A stretch of DNA of 64,000 nucleotides from PVC group bacterium (GTDB lineage Bacteria; Omnitrophota; Gorgyraeia; B26-G9), in assembly GCA_024231215.1 (NCBI GenBank), contig JAAEQR010000195.1, positions 78,755 to 142,754 on the forward strand, in the 5' to 3' direction. Numbering within the stretch: the first letter of the stretch is position 1; each line of letters begins with the position of its first letter. The position numbers were made by a program, and so were the translations under genes. The notes beneath the pieces were generated by a model that was given only the letters and a program-made list of their open reading frames with translations, had not been told where the DNA came from and did not search any database. Positions 49,044 through 59,752 of the stretch are shown in pieces.

Positions 49044-50876
49044 ATGAAAATCGGGGCACATTATATTGGTGACCGTATCTGTAAATTTATAGTTTGGGCG
49101 CCTTTCGCCAATGAAGTCACATTAAAAATTGTCTTGCCGCAAGAATTATTTATTCCTATGAATAAAGATGCATTGGGGTATTGGAGTGTGATTGTAGAAG
49201 AGATTAATCCCGGGACCCAGTATCTTTATAGTCTTGACCAGTCTCAAGAAAAACCCGACCCCGCTTCTTTTTATCAGCCGGATGGAGTGCATGGGCCTTC
49301 CCAAATTATTGATCAAAATAGTTTTTTATGGAAAGATACCGGCTGGAAAGATATCCCTCTAAAAGAAATGATTTTGTATGAATTGCATATAGGTACGTTT
49401 ACTCCGGAGGGGACTTTTAATAGTGCGATTGATAGAGTAGAGCAGTTAGCGCAGTTGGGCATAACAGCTATAGAAATTATGCCTGTAGCGCAATTCCCCG
49501 GGGCTAGGAATTGGGGGTATGACGGGGTATATCCATTTAGTGTTCAGAATTCTTATGGAGGTCCGAAGGGGTTAAAGGAATTTGTGAATGCTTGCCATTT
49601 GAACGGAATAGCTGTAATTCTGGATGTAGTTTATAACCATCTTGGCCCGGAAGGTAATTACTTTTCTGAATTTGGTCCGTATTTTACAAATAAATATCAT
49701 ACTCCTTGGGGCAATGCGCTTAATTTTGATGATGCTTATAGCTATGGGGTGAGAAATTATTTTATTGAAAATGTATTGAGCTGGTTTGATAATTATCATA
49801 TAGACGGGTTACGTCTGGATGCAGTTCACGGAATTTATGATTTAAGTGGAAAACATATTTTAGAAGAATTCGCAGAGGCAGTAGAAGATGCGTCTATGCG
49901 TCAGGGTAGAAAATTATGTTTAATTGCAGAGAGCGAGTTAAATGACACCCGTTTGATAAAATCAAAAGATGTTGGGGGCTATGGAATTGACGCGCAGTGG
50001 TGCGATGATTTTCACCATGCCTTGCATGCTTTACTGACAGAGGAAAAACAGGGCTATTATATTGATTATGGAAAAACAGAACATATCATGACTGCTTTAA
50101 AAGAGGGGTTTGTTTACTCCGGTCAATATTCTGTTTTTCGTAAAAAACATTACGGCAATTCATCGAAAGATATTTCCGGGAATCAGTTTGTGGTATGTGC
50201 GCAGAATCATGATCAGATCGGTAATCGCAGGCAAGGGGAACGCCTGAGCCGGCTGATTTCTTTTGAAGGATTGAAACTAAGCGCGGCAACGGTGATGTTC
50301 TCCCCGTATGTTCCGTTGCTTTTTATGGGGGAGGAATATGCTGAATCTGCGCCGTTTTTATATTTTGTGAGTCATTCCGATGATGATTTGATTGCGTCAG
50401 TGCGTAAAGGCAGAAAAGAAGAGTTCTCTGCTTTTAAGTGGAAAGGAGAGGCTTCTGATCCACAGCAGGAAGAGACTTTTTTAGATTCCAAACTTAACTG
50501 GGGTAAGAGGAATGAAGGAGATGGGAATATCCTTTTGCATTGGTATAAAGAATTGATTGCTTTAAGAACGCGTCTTCCCGCGTTTATTTACGGAGGGAAA
50601 GATACAATGGAAGTCTCTACGGACAAGACGGCTAAAATTGTTTTTGTCCGAAGATGGCATGTCCGGCATGAACTTTCGTTGATTATGAATTTTAGTCAGG
50701 AAGAAGTAAGTTTTAACCCGCAAATTTCCGAAGGTAAATGGAAAAAGCTTATTGACTCATCGGACCTCAAGTGGATGGGTAAGGGTGCGTTATTGCCGGA
50801 TAATATTATGAACAGTCAGAAGGTTAAGATGCCTGCTTGGGGGTTTGCGTTATACGAAAAAGACGTTTTACGATAG
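49044..50876 (+). CDS. treZ: malto-oligosyltrehalose trehalohydrolase
   Basis: 610 aa. N-terminal CBM48-like segment plus a GH13 catalytic core (GYDGV, VILDVVYNHLGPEGN). Confidence 0.8.
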   Translation: MKIGAHYIGDRICKFIVWAPFANEVTLKIVLPQELFIPMNKDALGYWSVIVEEINPGTQYLYSLDQSQEKPDPASFYQPDGVHGPSQIIDQNSFLWKDTGWKDIPLKEMILYELHIGTFTPEGTFNSAIDRVEQLAQLGITAIEIMPVAQFPGARNWGYDGVYPFSVQNSYGGPKGLKEFVNACHLNGIAVILDVVYNHLGPEGNYFSEFGPYFTNKYHTPWGNALNFDDAYSYGVRNYFIENVLSWFDNYHIDGLRLDAVHGIYDLSGKHILEEFAEAVEDASMRQGRKLCLIAESELNDTRLIKSKDVGGYGIDAQWCDDFHHALHALLTEEKQGYYIDYGKTEHIMTALKEGFVYSGQYSVFRKKHYGNSSKDISGNQFVVCAQNHDQIGNRRQGERLSRLISFEGLKLSAATVMFSPYVPLLFMGEEYAESAPFLYFVSHSDDDLIASVRKGRKEEFSAFKWKGEASDPQQEETFLDSKLNWGKRNEGDGNILLHWYKELIALRTRLPAFIYGGKDTMEVSTDKTAKIVFVRRWHVRHELSLIMNFSQEEVSFNPQISEGKWKKLIDSSDLKWMGKGALLPDNIMNSQKVKMPAWGFALYEKDVLR

Positions 50877-50946
50877 CGATACTGTTGCAAAACGCACATC
50901 TGCACATTTTAAAACAGTATCATAATGAATGAGGGGAATTAAAAAT

Positions 50947-53370
50947 ATGAACAAATATATTTGCGTACATGGACATTTCTATCAGCCGCCGCGGGAGAAC
51001 CCGTGGTTAGAGGAGGTTGAACTTCAGGATTCAGCTTATCCTTTTCATGACTGGAATAAGCGTATTACCATTGAATGCTATGCTCCAAACGCGGCATCGC
51101 GTATTCTAGATAATGAAGATAAAATTGTCGATATTGTAAATAACTACGCGCAGATTAGTTTTAATTTCGGTCCAACTTTGCTTTCCTGGATGCAAAGGCA
51201 TATGAATGATACGTATAATATGATTTTAGAAGCAGATAAATTAAGTCTTAAGAATTTCTCCGGGCATGGGTCTGCTTTAGCTCAGGTATATAATCACATG
51301 ATTATGCCGTTGTCTAATTTAAAGGATAAGCAAACGCAGGTGATTTGGGGGATAAAGGATTTTGTAGCTAGATTTAAACGTAAGCCCGAAGGTATGTGGT
51401 TGGCTGAAACAGCTGTGGATACAGAAACTTTAGAAGTTCTGGCTGAACATGATATTAAATTTACGATATTATCTCCGTATCAGGCGCAGAATTTAAGAAA
51501 AATAGGAGATGAAAAATGGATAGATGCAAGTGCGGGAAAAATTGATCCGAAGATGCCGTATCTTTGCAATCTTCCTTCCGGGAAAAAAATTACCCTTTTC
51601 TTCTATGACGGCCCCGTATCTCAAGATATTGCTTTTGGCGGGCTTTTAGATAAGGGGGAAAATCTTGCTAACCGGTTGATCGGAACATTTGGTTCTCAAG
51701 AAGAGCCGCAGTTGGTGCATATTGCTACAGATGGAGAGACTTACGGGCATCATCATTCCTATGGGGAAATGGCTTTATCTTACGGATATAATCATATTAA
51801 AGAAAATAAATCAGCTAATATTACAATTTACGGGGAGTATCTGGAAAAATTTCCACCGACGCATGAAGTACAGATCGCAGAAAACTCATCTTGGAGTTGT
51901 ATACATGGCGTGGAACGCTGGCGTAATGATTGCGGATGTAAGATTGGTTCTGGTCATAACTGGAATCAAGCCTGGCGTGCACCTTTGCGTAAAGCTATGG
52001 ATTGGCTGCGGGATGCGCTTATTGAAGTATATGAGAAAGAAGGGGCGAAGTATTTAAAAGATGTGTGGCAGGCGCGGGATGGGTATATTGAGGTTATCTT
52101 AAATCGCGAAGATAAGAGTGTGAAGGATTTTCTTCAAAAGCACGCTAATGCAGAATTGCCCGAAGAAGATAAAATCCAGGCACTAAAGCTTTTGGAAATG
52201 CAGAGACATGCAATGCTTATGTATACAAGCTGCGGCTGGTTTTTCGATGAGATATCCGGGATAGAGACAGTGCAGATTATGCAGTACGCAGCGCGGGCTA
52301 TACAGATGGCTAAAGAAGCCGGGGGTATTGATTTAGAACCTGGGTATCTTAAGATTTTAAAAAAAGCACACAGCAATATAAAAGAGTCTGAAAACGGAGC
52401 TAAAATATATGAAAAGGCAATTAAGCAGACAGTGCTTGATTTGCACAGAGTTGGTGCGCATTTCGCCGTATCGTCATTGTTTAACGATTATCCCAAGACA
52501 ACCAAGGTGTATTGTTATTCTGTAGAAAACAGAGTTAATGAGCGCGCCGAAGCCGGAAGACAAAAGATTGTTATTGGCCGGGCGCTGGTAAAATCGGATA
52601 TTACTTACGAAGAAGATTTGGTTAGCTTTGCGGCTTTGCATATGGGGGATCATAATCTTTTTGGCGGAGTAAGAGATTATATGGGAGAAGAGCCGTTTGA
52701 TAAAATGCAGGAAGAGATTAAAGGAGCTTTTCAGCGCAGTGATATCTCACAGATAATTCATCTGATAGATCAGCATTTTGGGAGTCACAATTATTCTTTA
52801 TGGCATTTATTTAAAGATGAACAGAGAAAAGTTTTAGATGAGATACTTAATTCCACTCTCGAAGAAATAGAAAACTCATTCAGGCAGATTAACGAACATC
52901 ATTATCCGGTAATGCAGGTTATCAAAGAAATAGATATGCCTTTGCCAAAGATATTATCTACAACATTAGAATTCATGTTTAATGCGGATATCAGAAAGAT
53001 ACTTGATAGTGATGAGATTGATCTTTCCAGGCTGCAAAATTTAGTTGAAGAAGTAAAACGCTGGTCGTTTGTCTTAGATACTACAACTATAAAGTATGTA
53101 GCAAGTAAAAGAATAACTATTTTAATGAAACAATTAGATAAGAATCCCGGCGATTTGAAATTAATTACTACTTTGGGAGCGCTATTTAAATGTTTGAGCG
53201 GACTTAACCTGGACTTAAGTTTATGGCGAGCCCAGAATATATATTTTGATATTCACGCTCAGTTGTATGCGGAATTAGATAAGAAATCCAGAGAGAAAGA
53301 TCGTCATGCCAGAAAATGGATCAGACAGTTTGATCGGCTGGGCAAGTATCTTAGGGTAAGGAGCAGGTAG
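50947..53370 (+). CDS. GH57-family glycoside hydrolase with a long C-terminal extension
   Basis: HGHFYQPPRE and WLAETA catalytic-region motifs. Start taken at MNKYICVHGHF after RBS GAGGGG. Confidence 0.75.
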   Translation: MNKYICVHGHFYQPPRENPWLEEVELQDSAYPFHDWNKRITIECYAPNAASRILDNEDKIVDIVNNYAQISFNFGPTLLSWMQRHMNDTYNMILEADKLSLKNFSGHGSALAQVYNHMIMPLSNLKDKQTQVIWGIKDFVARFKRKPEGMWLAETAVDTETLEVLAEHDIKFTILSPYQAQNLRKIGDEKWIDASAGKIDPKMPYLCNLPSGKKITLFFYDGPVSQDIAFGGLLDKGENLANRLIGTFGSQEEPQLVHIATDGETYGHHHSYGEMALSYGYNHIKENKSANITIYGEYLEKFPPTHEVQIAENSSWSCIHGVERWRNDCGCKIGSGHNWNQAWRAPLRKAMDWLRDALIEVYEKEGAKYLKDVWQARDGYIEVILNREDKSVKDFLQKHANAELPEEDKIQALKLLEMQRHAMLMYTSCGWFFDEISGIETVQIMQYAARAIQMAKEAGGIDLEPGYLKILKKAHSNIKESENGAKIYEKAIKQTVLDLHRVGAHFAVSSLFNDYPKTTKVYCYSVENRVNERAEAGRQKIVIGRALVKSDITYEEDLVSFAALHMGDHNLFGGVRDYMGEEPFDKMQEEIKGAFQRSDISQIIHLIDQHFGSHNYSLWHLFKDEQRKVLDEILNSTLEEIENSFRQINEHHYPVMQVIKEIDMPLPKILSTTLEFMFNADIRKILDSDEIDLSRLQNLVEEVKRWSFVLDTTTIKYVASKRITILMKQLDKNPGDLKLITTLGALFKCLSGLNLDLSLWRAQNIYFDIHAQLYAELDKKSREKDRHARKWIRQFDRLGKYLRVRSR

Positions 53371-53376
53371 GGAAAA

Positions 53377-56127
53377 ATGAAAACGCCACTCGCTACATAT
53401 AGAATTCAATTTAATCCTTCTTTTGGCTTTCAGCAGGCAAAGGAAGTTCTGGATTATTTAAAAGCTTTGGGCATATCTGATATTTATGCGTCTCCCATAT
53501 TTAAGGCACGCAAGGGTAGCGGACATGGATATGATATAGTTGATTCAAATCAGATAAATCCTGAGCTGGGAACAGAGGCTGATTTTGATGCCTTGAGCAA
53601 TTGCGTAACTGAAAAACATATGGGCTGGCTGCAGGATATTGTACCCAATCACATGGCTTTTGATGCGGGAAATAAAATGCTTATGGATGTTCTGGAGATG
53701 GGACGATGTTCTGAGTATTATGAATTCTTTGATATTAACTGGAATCATCCTTATGAAAGTATGCGCGGTAGATTGCTGGCACCGTTTCTGGGCAGATTTT
53801 ACGCGGAGTGTTTAGAAAGCGGCGAAATAGAACTCACCTATAATAAGGAAGGCCTGAGTGTTAATTACTACTCTTTACGTTTTCCTTTAAAAATAGAATC
53901 ATATTCTAGCGTATTAGGTTATCGTATTGATAAACTAGCTAATGGGTCGGACAAAGCGGACGATCTTATTGGTATATTTTCCAGCTTAGGTAAAAAAGCC
54001 GAGAACCGTTATAGTCAACTTGCTCAGGCGAAAAAAGACTTTTGGGAGTTATATATACAAGATACGGGGATTAAAGAATTTATAGATGAAAATGTCCGAA
54101 CATTTAACGGGAGTCCCGGTGATCCTGAGAGTTTTAATTTATTGGATGAGTTACTAGGGCATCAGTGGTTTCGTTTAGCGTTCTGGAAGGTGGCGGCTGA
54201 AGAAATAAACTATCGCAGATTTTTCACGATTAATGAACTTATTTGTTTGAAAATTGATGACCAGGATGTATTAAACCAGACACATGCTTTGATTATTAAA
54301 CTGGTAGAGGAAGGAAAGATTACCGGATTAAGGATAGACCATATCGATGGATTACAAGATCCCCGCCAATATTTAGAGAGATTAAAAGGGGTGGCGAAGG
54401 ATACTTATACGGTTGTAGAAAAGATTCTGATCGATAAAGAGCAGCTGTCTTTGGACTGGCCGGCGCAGGGAACCACGGGATATGATTTTTTAAATCACGC
54501 TAACGGCTTATTTTGCATGAAGAAAAACCAGCGTTCTTTTAACCGGATCTATACAAAATTTACAGGCAGAGGTACATCCTATGAAGGTCTGGCTTGTAAT
54601 AAAAAACGTTTGATTATTAGTAAACATATGGCCGGTAATATCGACAACCTAGCTGTTTTATTGAAACAAATATCCAGCTATAGCCGGCATGGCAGTGATA
54701 TAACATTATATGCTTTAAGACGAGCATTAGTAGAGGTGCTGGCGCATTTTCCTGTGTACCGAACTTATATAAGTCATGATGATTTTACGGATATAGATGC
54801 TGACTATATATTGTCTGCGGTAAAAAAAGCAAAACATATAAGCCCAGGACTTTTTTATGAACTTGATTTTATTGAAAAATTTCTTTTGTTAAAGCCGGAA
54901 CACTATATTCGTGATGAAGAAAGAGAAAAAGTAATCGAGTTTGTGATGCGGTTTCAACAGGTAAGCGGGCCATTGATGGCTAAAGGGGTCGAAGACACTG
55001 TATTTTATGTGTATAATAGATTTTTGTCATTAAATGAAGTGGGTGGAAGTCCTGATAAGTTTGGAATTTTTGTAAAAGATTTTCATAATTTTAATAAAAC
55101 AAGGCAAGCAAATCATCCGTGTTCTTTGAATGCCCTGTCTACGCATGATACTAAACGCGGTGAAGATTTTCGCGCCAGGCTTAACGTGTTTTCTGAAATT
55201 CCCGAGCTTTGGGAGCAGAGTATAAAGCGATGGAACCGGAGTAATAAAAAAATCAAGACAAAACTAAATGCTGTTATTGCTCCGGATAAAAACGATGAGT
55301 ATTTTTTGTATCAGACACTGGCCGGAGCATTTCCTTTTAATGTTGAAGATAGGGATGCGTTTATGGGTCGGCTGAAAGAATACCTGATTAAAGCGGTAAG
55401 AGAAGCAAAGGTCTATACCGCCTGGTTAAAGCCGGATACCGATTATGAAAACGCTTATATAAAGTTTGCCGAAGAGATAATGAACGGTGCGTTTCTAAAT
55501 GAGTTCCTGCCGTTTCAGAAAAAGATTGCGTATTACGGAATATTTAATTCCCTGGTGCAGACACTGATTAAAATGACTGCTCCGGGTGTACCTGATTTCT
55601 ATCAAGGCACAGAGCTTTGGGATTTAAGCCTGGTTGATCCGGACAATCGCAGGCCGGTTGATTTTGTTCAAAGAGAAAAGATGCTTCGAGATATAATGCA
55701 TGGGAAGCAGAATAATCTCAAAGAATTGATCTTGGACCTCTGGAAAAATAAAGAAGACGGCAGAGTAAAGATGTTTTTAATCTATCAGATTTTACAGCAA
55801 AGAAAGGCATTGCCGGAGTTGTTTTTAAAGGGTGATTATGCGGCATTGGATACCGGCGGTAAGTATAAAGATCATGTGGTTGCCTTTGCCAGAACCTATA
55901 AGGATGATACGGCGTTGATTATTGTACCGCGGTTTTTGACAACTTTAGTTGAAGAAGGGGAAAATCCTTTTGGAGAAACTGTCTGGAGTGATACGTATGT
56001 AGCTGTCCCGGATGGGGTGGATAAATGGACAGATGCGATAACTGATCAAGTGATAGAGGGGAAAAGGACATTAGCAGTAAGTGATATTTTTAAGAGTTTC
56101 CCAGGGGCAATGCTAATTAATAAATAA
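53377..56127 (+). CDS. treY: malto-oligosyltrehalose synthase
   Basis: 916 aa, GH13-like. N-terminal TYRIQFNPSFGFQQAKEVLDYLKALGISDIYASPIFKA. Confidence 0.85.
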   Translation: MKTPLATYRIQFNPSFGFQQAKEVLDYLKALGISDIYASPIFKARKGSGHGYDIVDSNQINPELGTEADFDALSNCVTEKHMGWLQDIVPNHMAFDAGNKMLMDVLEMGRCSEYYEFFDINWNHPYESMRGRLLAPFLGRFYAECLESGEIELTYNKEGLSVNYYSLRFPLKIESYSSVLGYRIDKLANGSDKADDLIGIFSSLGKKAENRYSQLAQAKKDFWELYIQDTGIKEFIDENVRTFNGSPGDPESFNLLDELLGHQWFRLAFWKVAAEEINYRRFFTINELICLKIDDQDVLNQTHALIIKLVEEGKITGLRIDHIDGLQDPRQYLERLKGVAKDTYTVVEKILIDKEQLSLDWPAQGTTGYDFLNHANGLFCMKKNQRSFNRIYTKFTGRGTSYEGLACNKKRLIISKHMAGNIDNLAVLLKQISSYSRHGSDITLYALRRALVEVLAHFPVYRTYISHDDFTDIDADYILSAVKKAKHISPGLFYELDFIEKFLLLKPEHYIRDEEREKVIEFVMRFQQVSGPLMAKGVEDTVFYVYNRFLSLNEVGGSPDKFGIFVKDFHNFNKTRQANHPCSLNALSTHDTKRGEDFRARLNVFSEIPELWEQSIKRWNRSNKKIKTKLNAVIAPDKNDEYFLYQTLAGAFPFNVEDRDAFMGRLKEYLIKAVREAKVYTAWLKPDTDYENAYIKFAEEIMNGAFLNEFLPFQKKIAYYGIFNSLVQTLIKMTAPGVPDFYQGTELWDLSLVDPDNRRPVDFVQREKMLRDIMHGKQNNLKELILDLWKNKEDGRVKMFLIYQILQQRKALPELFLKGDYAALDTGGKYKDHVVAFARTYKDDTALIIVPRFLTTLVEEGENPFGETVWSDTYVAVPDGVDKWTDAITDQVIEGKRTLAVSDIFKSFPGAMLINK

Positions 56128-56141
56128 TGGAGAGCTAAGCA

Positions 56142-57632
56142 ATGAAAAAACGAAGTAGCGGAATATTAATGCATATTACATCTTTACCTTCACCGTTTGG
56201 AATTGGTGATATGGGAGATGGTGCTTATAGATTTGTGGATTTTCTGGAGCAGTCAAAACAAAAATCATGGCAGGTACTTCCGTTTAACCCGACAAGCGGG
56301 ATTAACGGACATTCACCGTATAGCAGTATGTCTGCTTTTGGGGCCAATATATTATTGATCAGCCCGGAATTGATGCTAAAAGACGGACTGCTTAGCGAAA
56401 AAGATGTTGATACCTGTCTGGATTCAAACGGTGTAGTTGATTATCCAAAAGTTTTAGAATTCAAAAACAGATTATTTAATATCGCGTTTAAAAAATTTCA
56501 AACTATTGAAGATAAACAGGGGTATACGGATTTTTGCGCGGAAAATGCATATTGGCTGGAAGATTTTGCGATGTTTATTGCTTTTAAAGAGTATTTCCAG
56601 GATAAACTTTGGAGCGAATGGCCGCAGGATATCCGGGACAGAAATCAGCAGGCAGTGATCAATTTAAAAGCGCAGATGAACGGCAAGATTGAAAAAGAGA
56701 AATTTCTGCAGTATTTATTTTTTAAACAGTGGTTTGCGCTAAAAAAATATGCGAACCAAAAAGGCGTAGAGATAATCGGTGATATTCCGATCTATGTTAC
56801 CTATGATAGTGTGGATGTATGGCAGGATCCTTCAGTATTTAAGCTGAACGCGGAAAAAGAACTGAAATACTTAGCAGGGGTGCCGCCGGATTATTTTAGT
56901 AAGACCGGACAATTATGGGGTAATCCTGTCTATGATTGGGATGCGTTGGCTAAAGATAAATACGCCTGGTGGATAAAAAGAATAGAACACAATCTTAAAT
57001 TGTTTGATTGGGTAAGGATTGATCATTTCCGAGGGTTTGTTGATTATTGGCAGGTACCGCTTGGAGAGAAGACAGCGATTGGCGGGGAATGGCAAAAAGC
57101 ACCGGCTTTTGATTTTTTTGAGACTATATTACAGAGATTTCCTGATGCGCCGATTATTGCCGAGGACCTGGGGATTATTACCGATGAAGTCAGGGAAGCA
57201 ATTAAACATTTTGGTTTCCCAGGGATGAAGATATTGATATTTGCGTTTTACGAAGATAAAAAAGACCATCCGTACTTGCCGGATAATTATATAGACAATT
57301 GTGTGGCTTATACCGGAACACATGATAATAATACAGTCAAAGGCTGGTTTGAAAATGAAACACAAGAAGCAGATAAAAAACGTTTGTTTAAATGTCTGGG
57401 CAGGGAAGTGTCCGTAGATGAGCTGCCTTGGGCAATGATTAAATTATTGATGGAATCTAAAGCGAATATGGCTCTTTTTCCGATGCAGGATATTCTGGGT
57501 TTAAAGCAGGAAGACCGCATGAATTTACCCGGGACTTTAGACGGAAACTGGCAATGGCGGCTTAAGCCTGAGCAGTTAACTCCGCAAATCACTGCGCAAT
57601 TAGCGGAAATCACGCTATCTACCAGCAGATAA
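56142..57632 (+). CDS. malQ: 4-alpha-glucanotransferase (GH77)
   Basis: GILMHITSLPSPFGIGDMG N-terminus and a GH77 core. RBS GGAGAG. Confidence 0.85.
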   Translation: MKKRSSGILMHITSLPSPFGIGDMGDGAYRFVDFLEQSKQKSWQVLPFNPTSGINGHSPYSSMSAFGANILLISPELMLKDGLLSEKDVDTCLDSNGVVDYPKVLEFKNRLFNIAFKKFQTIEDKQGYTDFCAENAYWLEDFAMFIAFKEYFQDKLWSEWPQDIRDRNQQAVINLKAQMNGKIEKEKFLQYLFFKQWFALKKYANQKGVEIIGDIPIYVTYDSVDVWQDPSVFKLNAEKELKYLAGVPPDYFSKTGQLWGNPVYDWDALAKDKYAWWIKRIEHNLKLFDWVRIDHFRGFVDYWQVPLGEKTAIGGEWQKAPAFDFFETILQRFPDAPIIAEDLGIITDEVREAIKHFGFPGMKILIFAFYEDKKDHPYLPDNYIDNCVAYTGTHDNNTVKGWFENETQEADKKRLFKCLGREVSVDELPWAMIKLLMESKANMALFPMQDILGLKQEDRMNLPGTLDGNWQWRLKPEQLTPQITAQLAEITLSTSR

Positions 57633-57731
57633 AAACTCTCCTTTAATTTGCGAACACACCTAAAATATGGTATACTTTATCAGATTTTTACCTAATTTTT
57701 AATGATGTATCTTGTTTAACAATAACGATTT

Positions 57732-59708
57732 ATGGGTATAATGGCAATGAAATCAAGAAGATTAAAATTCATAAACAAACTTATGGCAGTTGTTTTGATC
57801 CAGCTGTTTTTAGGGGGGAGCTCTGCCTGGTGTGGGGAGATTAGTACTTTGTCCCCTCAGATTTTCCTGCAAAATAATTCCTTACTAGATGTTTTTACCC
57901 AAAAGACAGAAGCTGCTATTTTTAGCGTGCCGCATGATGCGCAGTTATTGATGGTGCATGTGAATGAGAGGTGTGATCCTGATTATTATTGGACTAGCAC
58001 AAAGACAGCTAATAACCGGCTTATAGAAATGTTTTCTATTCAGCCTTTAATTTTTGCTTTTCCGGATTCTATGTTTGGCGACAGCTTTGATGCAAAAGAT
58101 ATATATGTGAATACTAATAATGCAGAGATTGTGCCTCCGCAGGGAAGTGTGTCTGAAGAAGAATGTTATGAGTTGACAAGAGGCCTCAATTCTAATTCGT
58201 TTATTCTTACCGGCGGCGCCTGGGGAGAATGTCATTATCAGGCATTTAAGGTTTTGTTGCGTAAGGCAATTAGGGAATGTGCTTCAACTCCACAGATAAT
58301 TTTGCCTAAAGATGCTATTTATGTTTTGTATAATGATTACAAGATGAAGGGTGAGTTTTCTACTCGACCTTTGACAGAGTGCGGAGATCGAAGGTTTTCA
58401 TCAGGATTATGGGACTATTATAAAGCTTTAGATGAATTGGCCGGAGAATATGAAATTTGGGATATAAGCGAGCAGAAGAAGGATCTTTTGCAGAAAAAAG
58501 GCGAAGATTCTAAAGTGAAAATTTTTCTGGTTGATTCTGTAAAGACAGTTGAAAAGGCAATTGTTAATAGTGAAAACCTTAGTTTTAATTCGTTAGAGAA
58601 ACAAGAAAGAAGTATAGTAGATCATATATTGGCAGCATTTGGCACAACACATAAAGACCTGCAATGGAAAAAAGATAAAGGATCGTTTAATATTGCAAAT
58701 ATTGTGCTAACGGATGAAAATAAAGATGTTGTGAGTCAAGTTTTTTTTCCTCTTGAGGAGAAAACTATTGCTTCTGGAAATGTCATGATTCTAGCGTATA
58801 ATGATCTGCCTCTATATTTATGGTTTATTAATGACCAGAAGGAGGCAGAGTATATAAATTTGACATTTTATTATTCTTCTTTATCAAGCAATAAGATTTT
58901 GTTGGGAATGGGAAAAGATATTGTTGATATTTTTGAGCGTCAGGAAATTGTTCGTATGCATGGTTTTGATGCGGGGAATCAGTTTGTTTATATTAATATG
59001 GATCCTAGTAGTAATAGTTATAAGGAGGTAACTATTGGTAATTACAATCAATGGCGGGAAGAATATCTTAATTTGATTTGGATTTTTCCTGGAGTGTGGG
59101 GGCCTGATAGTTTTTCAAGTCGGCTTATTGCTGGAGCAACCGCAGAATTAACAAAGCCGGGGATGAAGGTTTTGGTTATTGGTACAGGTGCGGGTGTAGA
59201 GGCATATATTGCGGCAAATAAAGGTGCTTATGTTGATGCAGTGGATATAAGAAAGATGGCTGTGGAGAATACTAAGATTACTTGTAGCAATACGGATTTT
59301 TCACATAGAGTTAATGCGTTTGTAAATGATATGTATAACGGGTTGGGTAAGTATGATTTGATTGTCTGGAATATGCCGCATTATTGGCCTGATTTACGAT
59401 TGGATGGTTATGCAAAATCTACCAATACTACTGATAAGAATGGACAGATATTATCTCGATTTGCACAAGGAGTTACTGAGCATCTTACAATTAATGGTAA
59501 AGTGGCAATAGTTAATAGCGCTGGAGATCAACTTAAAGTAATTATTAAAAGTTTATTGGAGCAGACTTCCGGATTGAAAATAACACAGATGATGGGAGAG
59601 GAAGATACTCCTTCTCGAATATATATTTTAGAACAGGGCGTAATGGCATTTGAGGAAAATGACAAGATAAAGGCATATAGTGCAGAATTGGTAGGAGAAG
59701 CAATATAA
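57732..59708 (+). CDS. exported or membrane-anchored protein with a C-terminal class-I SAM methyltransferase-like domain bearing an NPPY-type motif IV (NMPHYW)
   Basis: N-terminal signal/anchor (KSRRLKFINKLMAVVLIQLFLGG). Cys-containing central region of about 400 aa. C-terminal VLVIGTGAGVE ... VDAVD ... NMPHYW. Start ambiguous among three ATGs at 57732-57747. Confidence 0.5.
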   Translation: MGIMAMKSRRLKFINKLMAVVLIQLFLGGSSAWCGEISTLSPQIFLQNNSLLDVFTQKTEAAIFSVPHDAQLLMVHVNERCDPDYYWTSTKTANNRLIEMFSIQPLIFAFPDSMFGDSFDAKDIYVNTNNAEIVPPQGSVSEEECYELTRGLNSNSFILTGGAWGECHYQAFKVLLRKAIRECASTPQIILPKDAIYVLYNDYKMKGEFSTRPLTECGDRRFSSGLWDYYKALDELAGEYEIWDISEQKKDLLQKKGEDSKVKIFLVDSVKTVEKAIVNSENLSFNSLEKQERSIVDHILAAFGTTHKDLQWKKDKGSFNIANIVLTDENKDVVSQVFFPLEEKTIASGNVMILAYNDLPLYLWFINDQKEAEYINLTFYYSSLSSNKILLGMGKDIVDIFERQEIVRMHGFDAGNQFVYINMDPSSNSYKEVTIGNYNQWREEYLNLIWIFPGVWGPDSFSSRLIAGATAELTKPGMKVLVIGTGAGVEAYIAANKGAYVDAVDIRKMAVENTKITCSNTDFSHRVNAFVNDMYNGLGKYDLIVWNMPHYWPDLRLDGYAKSTNTTDKNGQILSRFAQGVTEHLTINGKVAIVNSAGDQLKVIIKSLLEQTSGLKITQMMGEEDTPSRIYILEQGVMAFEENDKIKAYSAELVGEAI

Positions 59709-59752
59709 AGAGTTTACCCTGCTTGTATTTTCTTATATAATAACATTTGTTT

